Virus record (IMG/VR): IMGVR_UViG_3300047444_000299
Location: 128,001 to 183,070 of that record
Length of the DNA: 55,070 nucleotides
Source of the DNA: a virus
Taxonomy: Duplodnaviria > Heunggongvirae > Uroviricota > Caudoviricetes
Strand: one strand, 5' to 3'
Positions 1 through 11,400 of the stretch are shown one piece after another. Position 1 is the first letter of the stretch; each line of letters opens with the position of its first letter. Below the pieces are notes generated by a model, which was not told the origin of the DNA, searched no databases, and worked only from the letters and a program-made list of their open reading frames with translations. Made by a program: the position numbers and the translations under genes.

Positions 1-276
1 TACGCGACCGTATTCAGCAGGGGAACCTTTTGGTAGCGTCACCGATACAACACCCTGTAGGGTATTGATGTTATAGGCTTCACCGAAGTCTGGGGTTAGT
101 GTGGAACCATTGGCCCATGACCATGTTTGAAACGCACCCGCTGGGTGGAACTCAGTCCCATCACCCAGCTTGTTATATGCTTCGTCAAAGTTCGACTTGA
201 TTTTGATCCCACCCTGACGAATGTAATCGCCAGTGGAATCATCTACAGCCGCACCTAAAATAATATCTTGTTTCAT
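1..276 (-). CDS. 10: Baseplate wedge subunit/tail pin gp10, 5' part (runs off window)
   Basis: Manual translation from ATG at 276: MKQDIILGAAVDDSTGDYIRQGGIKIKSNFDE..., a T4 gp10-type N-terminus; follows gp9. Confidence 0.85.
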   Translation of the reverse strand, partial: MKQDIILGAAVDDSTGDYIRQGGIKIKSNFDEAYNKLGDGTEFHPAGAFQTWSWANGSTLTPDFGEAYNINTLQGVVSVTLPKGSPAEYGRV

Positions 277-287
277 TTAGCCTACCA

Positions 288-1097
288 TCACAATACGATA
301 CGGGTGAAATCAGTTGATCTAACAGCAACTTTTACTTGTGGTAAAGTTGTGGTTAATGTCATAATGACGGAACCAGACTGAATAGAAAAATCGATGTCAT
401 ATACACGAGTAGGGCCGGTACTAAGAACCGAGGATTCATTATAAACATGCGTTGTTCCGTCATGAGCAAGATGGATTTCTGAGGAAGTAACAGCCGTACC
501 ACCTGTGCGTTGCAGTCCGGTGACGAACAATTGCGCAGATGTAAATGAATCTGTACTACCGATTGTGTATGTAACTGGGGTGGATGGGGTAAACACAAAG
601 ACTGTATCAACCAGTCGAATGGTACGATCCATCAAACTCTTGAGAGAGTAAGTCCAGTTTACTTGTCCGGGTGTATCATTGATACACACAAAGGTTACTT
701 CAATAAAGTTGACGTTCAATACAACCGGAGTCAAGAGACTGTCGATTTCTTCGATACCATCCGCTCTTACAGAAATGGGGTTGGTTGACCACGAACCGAA
801 TGGATCGCGGAGTTTAACCATTTCCCCAATTTTACCGTTTGGTAGTTTGACGGTTAGCACACCGTTACGGGTATCGACGTTCAACATACTACCCGGATCT
901 ACTGGGTAGGTGTAATAGGCGCGAGCCGGTGTTTGGAAATAACCAGTTGAATGAATGTTTTGAGGGTTCGAACCTTGTTCACCAAAGGAGTCGTAAATCT
1001 CGCTTAACATTGCATTGAGCTTGGTTGCACCATTATATAAGGTGTCGCCCGTGGTGTTATCACCAGCAACACCCGTGATAAGCAGGTTTTTACTCAT
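288..1097 (-). CDS. 9: Baseplate wedge tail-fibre connector gp9
   Basis: N-terminal GDTLYNGATKLN motif, 269 aa, synteny 8-9-10. Confidence 0.85.
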   Translation of the reverse strand: MSKNLLITGVAGDNTTGDTLYNGATKLNAMLSEIYDSFGEQGSNPQNIHSTGYFQTPARAYYTYPVDPGSMLNVDTRNGVLTVKLPNGKIGEMVKLRDPFGSWSTNPISVRADGIEEIDSLLTPVVLNVNFIEVTFVCINDTPGQVNWTYSLKSLMDRTIRLVDTVFVFTPSTPVTYTIGSTDSFTSAQLFVTGLQRTGGTAVTSSEIHLAHDGTTHVYNESSVLSTGPTRVYDIDFSIQSGSVIMTLTTTLPQVKVAVRSTDFTRIVL

Positions 1098-1099
1098 TA

Positions 1100-2101
1100 T
1101 TAGAAACTCAAAATAATTCGGATAGATTCGGTTTGATCGCTAGAGCGATAAATCGGTGGGCGGTTCTCGACATAAAGAACTTCACCAGATTCAACCAGAA
1201 GTTGGTCGGGGTTGTAGGAATAATCAGTAGCTTTTACATCGGGGTCACCCTGATGTGCTTTCGCAAGCAACGGGTTCACAATAATTGCTAACTGACGATA
1301 CCCGGTGTTCCCCACCCGGTTTGTGTTTGTGAAGTCTCTATCTGTCAACTGCGCAGATCCCATCAGAGAGCTACAGTTGATGTCAAAGATCGTCCGGCTA
1401 ATTTGGTTGATGTTCCCTAGATCCACAATCCCCCACTTGCTAGGATTTGATTGAATCTCATCTGGGGTCGGAACCACAATGTAGTCATCATTTGTCGAGT
1501 TGATAACTTCATCCGGTGGAATCGTGTACAGGTATGCCCACAGGTAACCATCACCTGTATCAATCGCGGAATTCTTACCCTTGGGGATATTGTCATATTC
1601 ACCCAAGCTGGCGGTTGGAGTCCATGCCCCACCGGCCATTAAACACGCGGTTCTATCTCGAAGTTGGTTAACGCTACAAACACCATCGACTTGAGGCTCT
1701 TGCACACAGCGATAAACCATGTAGCCAGCATCGGATGTTTCATATTTATTCACACCGGTTAGGGAGTTTACAACAACCACATCATCAACATGGAAGGTCA
1801 AACTATCTTGATAATTTGGATTACCCCAGTCTCTGCGAGGGATTACCGGAATCCACGACAACTTGGAAACTTTCATCAACCCAAGCATGTCATCCCAGAG
1901 TGCCGCAATACCGGTGTCGTTGGTCACCGGGTACGGCGGCTTGAAATATGAACTCGATTCGTAGGTAGACCACGGGGTTGCCCTCCCGAACGACATATAA
2001 TATGTGTTCGAGTCGGCATCGTCCGCAATTCTTCCAATAAAGTTCATCATCGCAGTGGTTCTAAATTTAGGGGTTACAACCCCACGATATATAATTGTCA
2101 T
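1100..2101 (-). CDS. 8: Baseplate wedge subunit gp8
   Basis: 333 aa; GDGYLWAYLYTIPP and YVENRPPIYRSSDQTE motifs. Confidence 0.92.
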   Translation of the reverse strand: MTIIYRGVVTPKFRTTAMMNFIGRIADDADSNTYYMSFGRATPWSTYESSSYFKPPYPVTNDTGIAALWDDMLGLMKVSKLSWIPVIPRRDWGNPNYQDSLTFHVDDVVVVNSLTGVNKYETSDAGYMVYRCVQEPQVDGVCSVNQLRDRTACLMAGGAWTPTASLGEYDNIPKGKNSAIDTGDGYLWAYLYTIPPDEVINSTNDDYIVVPTPDEIQSNPSKWGIVDLGNINQISRTIFDINCSSLMGSAQLTDRDFTNTNRVGNTGYRQLAIIVNPLLAKAHQGDPDVKATDYSYNPDQLLVESGEVLYVENRPPIYRSSDQTESIRIILSF

Positions 2102-5100
2102 TAAGAATCTTTCCTTTGTGTCAACCCGTCCTTGAGACGTAGGTTAACCAGTTTGCGTGTGTTGATAAAACGCAGGTTTGAACTATCGAACAGGAATGAA
2201 TCCTTACGGCGTTCATCCGAATCTTGACCATCAATCACTTGTGGGTTATCCGCCATGTACGCTGGGCGTAATGGGAAGTCCTGCCCCGCCAATGGATGGG
2301 CGATCGTTTGAATCTCACCATATTGGGTCAACTTGTATTTACCGTTCGTATCCAAATCTGGAATCGTCATTGGGTATTTACGCGGCAATCCCATATCCCA
2401 TTTCAGGGTCTGTAGGATGTCGATCAAAGTTTCTTGGTGTTTTGTTGACACACCAGAATTTACAAACATGGTAATCATCATGATCCCGACAAACCCGAAT
2501 CCAACAGGGTGTACAAACCGAAGCACATCATCACGATATTTCGAAACTTGCATTTGGGAATAGATTGAAATCGCGTAATACGTTGGTCCGCGTCTCAAAT
2601 AGTCCTGACTGTCAAGCGGGGCTTCCTTACCGACCACACCGCGAATCACGGTGCCGGTGAAGGCTGGGTTTACAGTTGCCGATAGCGTACCGCCTTCGTC
2701 AAACTCCCCTATGATGTTATTTAGTGTCACCTGCCAGTAAGCGGTTCCGTTTGTATCAAAATATCTGTCATAATACACAACATCACCGTAACCAGTGCTG
2801 GATGTTAGGCGGTTGCCGACTAGATCAGAGGTCAGGTTGTCCGACGCAATGATAATGTCGTACTCATACTGCGAATCGGTTTCTGTTGTTACAGTCACTT
2901 CCTCGTTGTACAGAAGTTTGAACAGGAACTTGTAAGAATCCTTCACACCTTTAATCGAATACAAATCCGATGCGCGGTTGTTTACAAACTTCAACAGCTC
3001 TTTCCATTTCGCGGTGTCTAGATAGACGTTACGTTTCGAAAGATCGTTGTAGAACATTTCCAGATATTCGGTTTCGTTCACATCATGGTTTTGTATCAAA
3101 TTGTATAACTGGCCGTAGTCCGATTTTCTGTCGCTAGACAGGAAATTTAGGTATTCTTCAACAAATGATACATAAAGCGGTTCATTCTGAATGAAATGCT
3201 CTGGTAGGAACTGATACACCATTGGATCTAACGGCGGAACAATATCCGATTCGTTGGTCGGAGTTTCATCCGGTACAACTGCATCAATTACATTGGACGC
3301 CAGAATGGCAGTCGCAACTTGTCGATTTGGGGTCCAAGTGAAAATCGCATTATCCCGAGTACGGAAACCAAGGCTGTAATAGCCGATGATATCGCCGGTC
3401 GATTTCTTATAGAACACCATCCCGATAACATATCCGGGGAATCCACTGATATTGAACGAATCCGCGTAGAACGTGAATTTGCCGTTATCTAATGTTTCGG
3501 ATGTGTTAGTTAGGGTATGAACGAAATCGGTGCGCTTGCTAATCAAGGCCAATTTGGCTTTGTAGTTGACCCACATTCTATTTCCTGCAAACCACAGATA
3601 CTGGGATTCGTAGTGATAGTTTTCTTCGCGAGTTACCCAAGTTGTACCATCATCCGAACGCAGCGGGGTTCTGTACCCACGGTTATTGGTTACGATGTTG
3701 TTTGGATCAATTGCATACTTGACCGCGTAGTCCACACGCTCTGGGTCCACACTCCCAACCCCATAACCCGGTGTAGAAGGTTCCACACTACCATCATCCG
3801 CAATTACATCATATGGACGGTTGATACCATCAATTAGGATGTGAGTCGGTGAACGAGACAGGTTGGAAATGACTGGATCAAGGGTTATACGGTCGTATGT
3901 GGTGTTACCAAATACGCGAACCGAGGATGTCAGGTCAGATGCGATCTTATAAACCCCCTCATAGTCCGATGGCGCGACTTTGTACCCACTATCAAGGGCA
4001 ACCCCTGTTGTTGACCTAGTGCCCGGTACAAACGCATACACGCTGTCTCCGAAGCAAACCAGACTCTTAATCAGAACGTTGTTTGTTGTGTCACCGGTTA
4101 CCGATACTGCGACGGTGTTCCATACACGATTGCCACCAATGTCCAAATTGAGTTTTTTCAATTCCAGTGAATATACGGTATTCGCGGAGGCGACATATAG
4201 AACTGCCCCGGCTTCGTCAATCGTAATTGCTTCAATCGACCCCAATCCCAATCCCGGTGGTAAGTCGATCAGTTTGGAAATACGGAATGTTCCTGTGTTG
4301 CCCGGACTGAATGTCTGGGTTACCGAACTTAGCGTAATTTCATTATTTGACCATTTAACATCGGTGGAGAATGTCAGGGTATAGATTCCATCATATCCCA
4401 TGATGTACATGGCGTCATCGGATGTTACAGCAACTTGTGTACCAACCGGGTTCCCCACGCGGCCAAGAATACCGCGATGGAGAATCCATGACGCAGCATT
4501 ATTTTTCGAATAACGAACAATGGATTGTAGCCGCTCGAATGAGAAGAACATATCATTGAAATATGCCGGTAACAGTTTGTATCTGTCACCACATGCTTCC
4601 GAGACATCGCCGTAGAGTTTCAGCGATTCGTCTTGATAAAGGATATACCCCTCAAGTTCTGCGATATTGATTTTCTTGTTATCGAAAACAAAACCTTCTT
4701 TGATCAAAACCCCATCAATCTCATCTTTATTGAAATCGAATGATCCGTTGGCTTTGATAAGCTTTTCGTTGATAAAGTTCTGATAGATCGATACCGACGC
4801 CTGAGAAGTTACTACATACGAATTGCTTGCGAATGTAGTAAATTCTTCGGATAGGGTCCAATCACTTGGGGTGTATTCAGTTGATACAGCACGCACCCGA
4901 TAGATATATTTCGTATTGGGTGTTACATGCTGGTCAAAATATTCAGAGTTGTTTGTAAAATCAACGGCGATGTAGTCACCGCCGTTCGCTGATTTTTGAA
5001 TTTCATAGGTGAATATTCCGCCGAGGTCATCCCATGTAATCATGGCGAAAGTCCCGGCGACATTCTTAATACGAACTATTTCTAATGCTGGTGATTGTGC

Positions 5101-5103
5101 CAT
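2101..5103 (-). CDS. 7: Baseplate wedge initiator gp7
   Basis: 1000 aa; N-terminal FnIII-like region, KG..DSYKFLFKLLYNE and FVHPVGFGF motifs. Confidence 0.9.
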   Translation of the reverse strand: MAQSPALEIVRIKNVAGTFAMITWDDLGGIFTYEIQKSANGGDYIAVDFTNNSEYFDQHVTPNTKYIYRVRAVSTEYTPSDWTLSEEFTTFASNSYVVTSQASVSIYQNFINEKLIKANGSFDFNKDEIDGVLIKEGFVFDNKKINIAELEGYILYQDESLKLYGDVSEACGDRYKLLPAYFNDMFFSFERLQSIVRYSKNNAASWILHRGILGRVGNPVGTQVAVTSDDAMYIMGYDGIYTLTFSTDVKWSNNEITLSSVTQTFSPGNTGTFRISKLIDLPPGLGLGSIEAITIDEAGAVLYVASANTVYSLELKKLNLDIGGNRVWNTVAVSVTGDTTNNVLIKSLVCFGDSVYAFVPGTRSTTGVALDSGYKVAPSDYEGVYKIASDLTSSVRVFGNTTYDRITLDPVISNLSRSPTHILIDGINRPYDVIADDGSVEPSTPGYGVGSVDPERVDYAVKYAIDPNNIVTNNRGYRTPLRSDDGTTWVTREENYHYESQYLWFAGNRMWVNYKAKLALISKRTDFVHTLTNTSETLDNGKFTFYADSFNISGFPGYVIGMVFYKKSTGDIIGYYSLGFRTRDNAIFTWTPNRQVATAILASNVIDAVVPDETPTNESDIVPPLDPMVYQFLPEHFIQNEPLYVSFVEEYLNFLSSDRKSDYGQLYNLIQNHDVNETEYLEMFYNDLSKRNVYLDTAKWKELLKFVNNRASDLYSIKGVKDSYKFLFKLLYNEEVTVTTETDSQYEYDIIIASDNLTSDLVGNRLTSSTGYGDVVYYDRYFDTNGTAYWQVTLNNIIGEFDEGGTLSATVNPAFTGTVIRGVVGKEAPLDSQDYLRRGPTYYAISIYSQMQVSKYRDDVLRFVHPVGFGFVGIMMITMFVNSGVSTKHQETLIDILQTLKWDMGLPRKYPMTIPDLDTNGKYKLTQYGEIQTIAHPLAGQDFPLRPAYMADNPQVIDGQDSDERRKDSFLFDSSNLRFINTRKLVNLRLKDGLTQRKDS

Positions 5104-5112
5104 TTTCTATTA

Positions 5113-6960
5113 TCACAAAATTGGTTGGATAGCAACTGAAATGTATGTCGGACGCAGTAATGGTTCGTATACAATCAGGGAACCGTCTTTGGTATAGATA
5201 TCTGTTTCTTTCGGATTTGCATACATTTGCAGGTTCGCAACAGCAAAGTTGGTGCGAGGCAATCCGAGTGCCCCCAGATTGAAGTATGCATTACCGGAAG
5301 TATGATCAATCGTACCAATCGGGTAATATTTATTGTCAGGACTTGTACCAAGTCTGTTGAAATCAGTTCCAGCATAAACCGGTACAGAAATTCCGGCTGT
5401 AGCCTTGAATGGTCCTACCACCAATTGACCGGAATCTGTACTAACGATGTTCACGTTATACGGATGGGCTGAATCTTTGATGAACGAAATAGGCGAGCTG
5501 ATGAACGTTCTGGTTACCAACGGATTCAGGAAGTTAATCCCGGTGGTTGGGGTTAGATAGTTATCCTCAAGCTCTTTAACCAATCGAATACTGCAACGGG
5601 AACCCAATACAGCGGTATCTGTGTTGTCGATATAGCTTAACAGTTTGGAAACGTGGAAACTTGACGAGAACGTGGTGATGTTCTGATTGTAATAGTTTTC
5701 AACCGATTGCATCAAACTACTGATCAATTGGTCTTCCGATACACTCAATTCCACAACCTTGTAGTCAACCGAAATCGTTTTTTCCACAAACACATAGTCT
5801 GGGGTTACGATTCGCGGGGCGATGGTCACGATGTTGTAGTCTTTCAGGTATTCTTCAATTGCTTGCTTCTGGGCATTGTTCATAACCAGCTCATTGACCG
5901 GTTTAATCGCAATGAACGCATAACCCGGCTTGGTATTGTCACCAAAGCAGCGAATCGCTTCAACAATTGATCCAAACTCTTTGAGCACGAATGCTTCATA
6001 GTCCTGAGCCGTTACACATCGACCTTGAGCCTCAAACACTTTCGGGGCCACGGCTCTGATGCGCTCAATGTCTTCCTTATCCCCACCACCGTCACTGACA
6101 GCATCAGACGCAAGTGTGATTGCAAAATCAAACCCGGATACCGAGTCAACCGCTTTGAAGGTGGTGATACCGTTACCATTGGAACCTTTAACAGAAAGGT
6201 ACTCGATAACCACAGTCTGACCTACAGCGGGTCTTAAACCACCAACGTATTTCATCAAATCGGGCTGACCGGGAATTAATTCTAATTCACCAGTACCGAA
6301 ATAAATTTCGGTCCAACCATCTTGAGTTTCACGGAAGTAGTACACAGAATCTGTCGAGCCTGTTCTAGCGGCGTTGCCTGCAAGGGTGTATTCAATTCCG
6401 TTTACCGTAATGCGGATGTAACGTCTATCGATTGTGGTATCTCGAATAAAGATTCTGGAGATATTATCCCATACATATTGTTGACGGATAATTTTACCCT
6501 GTACAACATTCAAGTCACCGGTATATGTGTTTTGAAGGTTCTTCGATAGAATGGTGTCTTTGAAAGTCACAAATTCAAATTTCGAGTTACCCATTGTACC
6601 GAAGAACTTGAACCCAAACGGTACTTTAGCAGAATTTGGTAATGTTCCGGGTTGGTTGTAAGTTAAGGTTACACCCATATCAATCGAAGCACCACGGATA
6701 GAAGCCGGGATATAACCGATGTTTTGGGCACCCATTACAACCGATCCACGGTTGCGAGCTGATTGTAAGAACGATTCGAACAGTGCAGCGTTGGCAAATG
6801 TACCTTGATACAATGCAGCATAGGCTAAACCGTCGATCAAGGTGTTCATTCTCGAACCTTCAAAATCATAGTCCGCAAAACTTGCGCTGTTTTTGTAATG
6901 ATCGATTAAGCGGTTCTTAACATCCGCGAACGCTAAAGCGGAGAAGTCAGTATTAATCAT
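5113..6960 (-). CDS. 6: Baseplate wedge subunit gp6
   Basis: DYDFEGSRMNTLID, ESFLQSA, RCVTAQDY motifs. Confidence 0.93.
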   Translation of the reverse strand: MINTDFSALAFADVKNRLIDHYKNSASFADYDFEGSRMNTLIDGLAYAALYQGTFANAALFESFLQSARNRGSVVMGAQNIGYIPASIRGASIDMGVTLTYNQPGTLPNSAKVPFGFKFFGTMGNSKFEFVTFKDTILSKNLQNTYTGDLNVVQGKIIRQQYVWDNISRIFIRDTTIDRRYIRITVNGIEYTLAGNAARTGSTDSVYYFRETQDGWTEIYFGTGELELIPGQPDLMKYVGGLRPAVGQTVVIEYLSVKGSNGNGITTFKAVDSVSGFDFAITLASDAVSDGGGDKEDIERIRAVAPKVFEAQGRCVTAQDYEAFVLKEFGSIVEAIRCFGDNTKPGYAFIAIKPVNELVMNNAQKQAIEEYLKDYNIVTIAPRIVTPDYVFVEKTISVDYKVVELSVSEDQLISSLMQSVENYYNQNITTFSSSFHVSKLLSYIDNTDTAVLGSRCSIRLVKELEDNYLTPTTGINFLNPLVTRTFISSPISFIKDSAHPYNVNIVSTDSGQLVVGPFKATAGISVPVYAGTDFNRLGTSPDNKYYPIGTIDHTSGNAYFNLGALGLPRTNFAVANLQMYANPKETDIYTKDGSLIVYEPLLRPTYISVAIQPIL

Positions 6961-7352
6961 GAAGTGGCCTTAGAATTGAGGTTTAGAGACGCAACTTGCA
7001 GCAGCTCTAAGTTGTAAATTGTATAGAATCGGACGGTAATGAAATAGGCGTTATTGTCATAGTCGGCAATTACATCAACCTGTTGTAAAACCGCTCTAGG
7101 TTCCCAGTTGGTGATGACTTCCTGAATTTCTCGTCTGATCATATAAGTTGTTTCATCGGACATTAGTTCGAACAATAGCCCGGAAATATTCCCACCAACC
7201 TCTGGCTGATATAGACGCTCGCCTTTTTCAGTCAGTACCAGATTTATGACAGAATCGATGATTGCTCTGTCATTGATAGCAGCGGATAAATCGTATGTAA
7301 TCGGGTCCATCAACATATTCTTACGAATGTCGGAATAAATTACAGTAGTCAT
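6957..7352 (-). CDS. 25: Baseplate wedge subunit gp25
   Basis: GERLYQPEVG and NWEPRA motifs (GPW/gp25 family); start at MTTVIYS preferred. Confidence 0.9.
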   Translation of the reverse strand: MTTVIYSDIRKNMLMDPITYDLSAAINDRAIIDSVINLVLTEKGERLYQPEVGGNISGLLFELMSDETTYMIRREIQEVITNWEPRAVLQQVDVIADYDNNAYFITVRFYTIYNLELLQVASLNLNSKATS

Positions 7353-7376
7353 ATGTATTCCCATTTGTATATTGTG

Positions 7377-7384
7377 TATTTATA
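7377..7384 (-). promoter_or_regulatory. T4-type late promoter TATAAATA upstream of gene 25
   Basis: TATTTATA on + strand; gp55 is encoded in the window. Confidence 0.8.
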
Positions 7385-7391
7385 AGCAAAT

Positions 7392-7417
7392 AAAAAAGGG
7401 GCCAATTGGCCCCTTTT
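7392..7417 (-). terminator. Intrinsic terminator (possibly bidirectional) after fibre cassette
   Basis: AAAAAA-GGGGCC-AATT-GGCCCC-TTTT. Confidence 0.8.
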
Positions 7418-7424
7418 AGGTTAT

Positions 7425-8006
7425 TTAAATTGCTTTCCACGGGTTGATTCGTGTTGTTTCACCTTTAGGTAGATCAACGGTGCCCTGTTGATCCGGTGAT
7501 ATTTTAAAACCAAATCTCATAACAGATGCATGGGTTTGTGACCATTGTTTGACAAAATAGAACCCGTAATAACTACGACCTTCCAAACTGACCAATTTAA
7601 CAAATTGCCACCCACCCTGACCCGGCTTATCGGCAACATTGTAATCACCTTTATAAGTGATTGTGCTACCGGTAATTGGTGCTTGATATAACTTCAACAT
7701 ACGCATGTTATTGGCTGGGTTGCGAATCGCAGTCCACCAATACATCGCCATGTAGCCGTTTACATCCCAACCGAATGGTGTGTTAGCAGCCCACCACCCG
7801 CGTTTATCCCCTTGTACCCCATCAAAATCATTTCCCCAGAGCCAAGCCCATTTAGGGAGATTGATAATCTTTCTCCCATCATCGACACTGACACTTTCAA
7901 CCCGGAATGGTAGGGCAATTGCTACCATCACCAATCCGAGTAGATCGAAGAAAACATCCGAGAAAAACAAGAATACAAATTGGAATACCGCTTTGATGTA
8001 ATCCAT
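7425..8006 (-). CDS. Trp-rich membrane-associated phage protein of the fibre cassette
   Basis: 193 aa; N-terminal hydrophobic helix, LPKWAWLWGN and WWTAIRNPANN. Confidence 0.65.
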   Translation of the reverse strand: MDYIKAVFQFVFLFFSDVFFDLLGLVMVAIALPFRVESVSVDDGRKIINLPKWAWLWGNDFDGVQGDKRGWWAANTPFGWDVNGYMAMYWWTAIRNPANNMRMLKLYQAPITGSTITYKGDYNVADKPGQGGWQFVKLVSLEGRSYYGFYFVKQWSQTHASVMRFGFKISPDQQGTVDLPKGETTRINPWKAI

Positions 8007-8434
8007 TACACACCATCCGGTGCGACTGGTTTGATTTCCGGGAAATCAGGAGTAGCAGGCCAGTTTCGTAGTAGAACCCGGTACGCCCGCCAGACTGTTG
8101 CGGCTCCGACCATCATAGAACTGTCTTCGATTATGTTAATCTGAATATCAGCCCGATCTAATTCGGTGTCTCTCCATGCCCGACCATTTAGAACCGCAGA
8201 TTCTTCAACCTCGGCTGGTGTCGGCGTCTCTGGGATAGGTTTAGCCGGAATTTCTTCCACAACCCAATCACCCGAAACAAACTTACAAGTTTGTGTGGCA
8301 GAATTAAAATCTGGTGGGGCAATTGTTGTGGTATGGGCCGGGTGGTGAAATACACCCGGCTCCAATGGTGACTCAAATGCATCCGTGAGCCCATTATACT
8401 GTAGTGTATACGAGCTATAGCTATAAACGATCAT
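8006..8434 (-). CDS. Tail fibre assembly chaperone (Tfa-like)
   Basis: ESPLEPGVF..PAHTTTIAPP N-terminus and RAWRD..WRAYR..LRNWP C-terminus; directly downstream of fibre gene. Confidence 0.75.
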   Translation of the reverse strand: MIVYSYSSYTLQYNGLTDAFESPLEPGVFHHPAHTTTIAPPDFNSATQTCKFVSGDWVVEEIPAKPIPETPTPAEVEESAVLNGRAWRDTELDRADIQINIIEDSSMMVGAATVWRAYRVLLRNWPATPDFPEIKPVAPDGV

Positions 8435-8449
8435 AATACATCCAAATGT

Positions 8450-11400
8450 TTAGTATTTAATACATGCAAGAAGTGCAATGTTCTTCATTACAGTTTCTGT
8501 ACCGCCAGTGTTCTGGATAGAGATACCAGTTGCTTTAGAACCAGTGTTAGTTGACCCTGCGATTGCACTGAAAACACCACCGGCTGTGTATGCCGTACCT
8601 GTTGTTACACCCATCGAGTGGAAGTGACCCGGATCGGTTACGCCGTGATTGTGGGACGAGAAAGCATCTGCTTGGTAACTGCCAAGCACCCGGTTTATAT
8701 CAACACCAGCCCCGGCATCCCAGCCGCGTGGCCCTCTACCGCGCATATCGGGAACGTTGAACGTAGTCGAACCGTCACCCACACCAGCCGGACAGATACG
8801 GATCGTGGCCCCGGTTGTAGTAACCGTGGCGTTGGCCGATAGGGTGAAGGTGGTAGTGCCGTTGGCCGCAGTTATCGTGGCCCCCGCTGGAATTCCCGGA
8901 CCACTGACAGGCATACCCACAAACCAACCCGAGTTAAGACTTGTAGCTGTAATGCTGTTGCTACCCGATGTGACGTTGCAAGTAACTGCATATGTAATCG
9001 CGTTAAACAAGTTTGCATATGTGGTACGCGATATTGCCGAACCATCAGATGACAGATAACCAGTTGGTGCCCAAATCATAGCGAAGAACGCTACAGCCCC
9101 CGGTGGTGTCGAACCAGCAGCAGAAACCGCAGTTGTTACAAAAGCAGTTGTTGCAACTTGTGTAGTGTTAGTACCAGCAGTTGCAGTTGGTGCCAACGGA
9201 GTACCTGTTAGGGTTGGGCTAGCAGCAAGTACCAAGTTACCTGTACCGGTTGCTGTACCAGTCCCTGTACCACCTTGAGCAACTGACAATGGTGTAGTCA
9301 ATCCTGTGAGACTTGTAATGCTGGAGTTTGACCCGGCGAAAACAAGTGCCCCCTGATCGGTAGAATCGATGGTTACTTTTAAACCAACTGCCGACCAACC
9401 AATGTATACTTTATTACCAAGCTGTCCAGTACCACCACCCTGTTGAACCGGTGAGAATCCCAAGCTATCTTGTTTAAGATTTAGTGCGGTTTGGGTTGCG
9501 GTCGAAACGGGTTTGCTTGCATCGCTTGTGTTATCGACGTTGCTTAGGGCGACATAGGTTTTGTCCAGTGCTACCCAAGTTTTATCACCTCTCCAAACCT
9601 GAGCTGTAGTACCGGTTGCAATCGACGGTTCTTTTGTCGAGTCTGCAACTGTGATGTTAGCGGTTCCATCAAATGCCACGCCGTTGATGTTTCTTGCAGT
9701 TACCAGTTTGGTTGCAGAGACGGCGTTGGCCGATGCATCTAATTTACTGGTGCTTAATCCTGTGATTTGAGCTTGTAACTTACCAATTGCTACCAGAATC
9801 GTATCAGCCGCCGATGTTGCTGTTGCTGTTGCAACCGATAGACCTGTTAGGATGGACGCACGAACTGTAGTCGCGAAATCGGTCCAAGTTTTATCACCAC
9901 GCCAGAAGCCGCTGGTTGTACCTGTCGAAATAACAGGTTCTTTACCGTCTATTGCCGTCTGTAGACCCACCACAGTGCTGATCGCCTGTGTACCAGTATG
10001 GTTGGCACGGTTCAACAGCACAGCGTCACTAGAGTTGGCTGTAGCGGCTGTAGCGATACCACCTAACTTAGCCTTTTCTGTATCCGTATAGGCGTTGGTA
10101 TTTAGGTTGGATTCATACAATGTTTTTACTTGGGCAGCGGTCATTGGATCTGTTGCGCTGGCAACTACCCACTTGCTATCGTTTGTATCCCAGATGTATT
10201 GTTTCGCATCTGTTCCAGTACCCGCGTCCACATCCGCATAATCACCAGCTACCGGCGAACTTACACCTGATACCATAGCGGCATAGGTAGTAAAATAGCC
10301 TCTGTAATGTGGTGTAGCATATGACAATGCAGCAGCAGCACTTGCAGCAGCATCAGATGCCGAACTTGCGGCAGCAGTCGCAGATCCAGCAGCAGCCGTT
10401 GCACTTGCCGAGGCGGCAGAAGCAGCGTTAGTAGCGGTTGTTGCACTTGCAGCCACAGCGGCTTGTGCATTTGATGCAGTTGTCGCAGATCCAGAAGCAG
10501 CGGTTGCACTTGTTGCAGCAGTTGTCGCAGATCCAGCAGCAGCGGTAGCCGAGCTACCAGCGTTAGTCGCAAATGTCGATGCCGCCGAAGAACTTGTGTT
10601 TGCAGCGGTAGCCGAGTTAGCCGAGTTAGTTGCACTTGTTGCAGCAGCAGTAGCCGATCCAGAAGCAGCGGTAGCCGAGTTAGCCGAGTTGTTTGCACTA
10701 CCCAATGAGTTAGTTGCCGATGTTGCAGCAGCGGATGCAGACCCAGATGCCGCAGATGCCGATCCAGAAGCAGCGGTAGCCGATCCAGAAGCAGCGGTAG
10801 CCGAAGTTGCAGCAGCCGTCTGGCTTGCACTTGCACCGGATGCACTTGTTGCGGCAGCAGTAGCCGAAGTTGCAGCGGCAGTTTTACTAGATGTTGCCGA
10901 TGTTGCCGATGATGATGCATCAGATGCCGATGATGCAGCCGCAGATGCACTTACACCGGCATTAGTTGCCGATGTTGCAGCAGCGACTTTACTGGCGTTG
11001 GCGTTAGTCGCAGAGCTGGTCGCACTGGAAGCCGAAGCCGAAGCCGAAGTTGCCGAAGTTGCAGCATCATTTTTACTGGACATCGCACTTGCCGCGCTGA
11101 TATCAGCAGATGTTGCGGACGCAGCAGCGTTAGTTGCCGAAGTTGCAGCAGCGGTGGCCGATGCGGCAGCAGCGGCGGCATTTGGCCCAGCGGTTAGAGC
11201 TGTAGTTGCAGACGCGGCGGCTTGGTTTGCACTTACCCCAGCAGCGGTAGCCGATCCAGCGGCTGCACTTGCGGACTGACGAGCATCATCGGTTGCAAGA
11301 ACAACGTTAGCCGTAATTGTAGAAACAACAGGCTCAAGGATATCCAGACGATGGGTGGAAGTTGCGATATTGGTATTCGCGGTTGCCATCTGATCGGTTA

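Noticed and set aside
10261-11279. Long alternative-frame and antisense ORFs (229 aa, 227 aa)
   Set aside because: Shadows of the stop-free Ala/Ser/Thr repeat in the tail fibre gene
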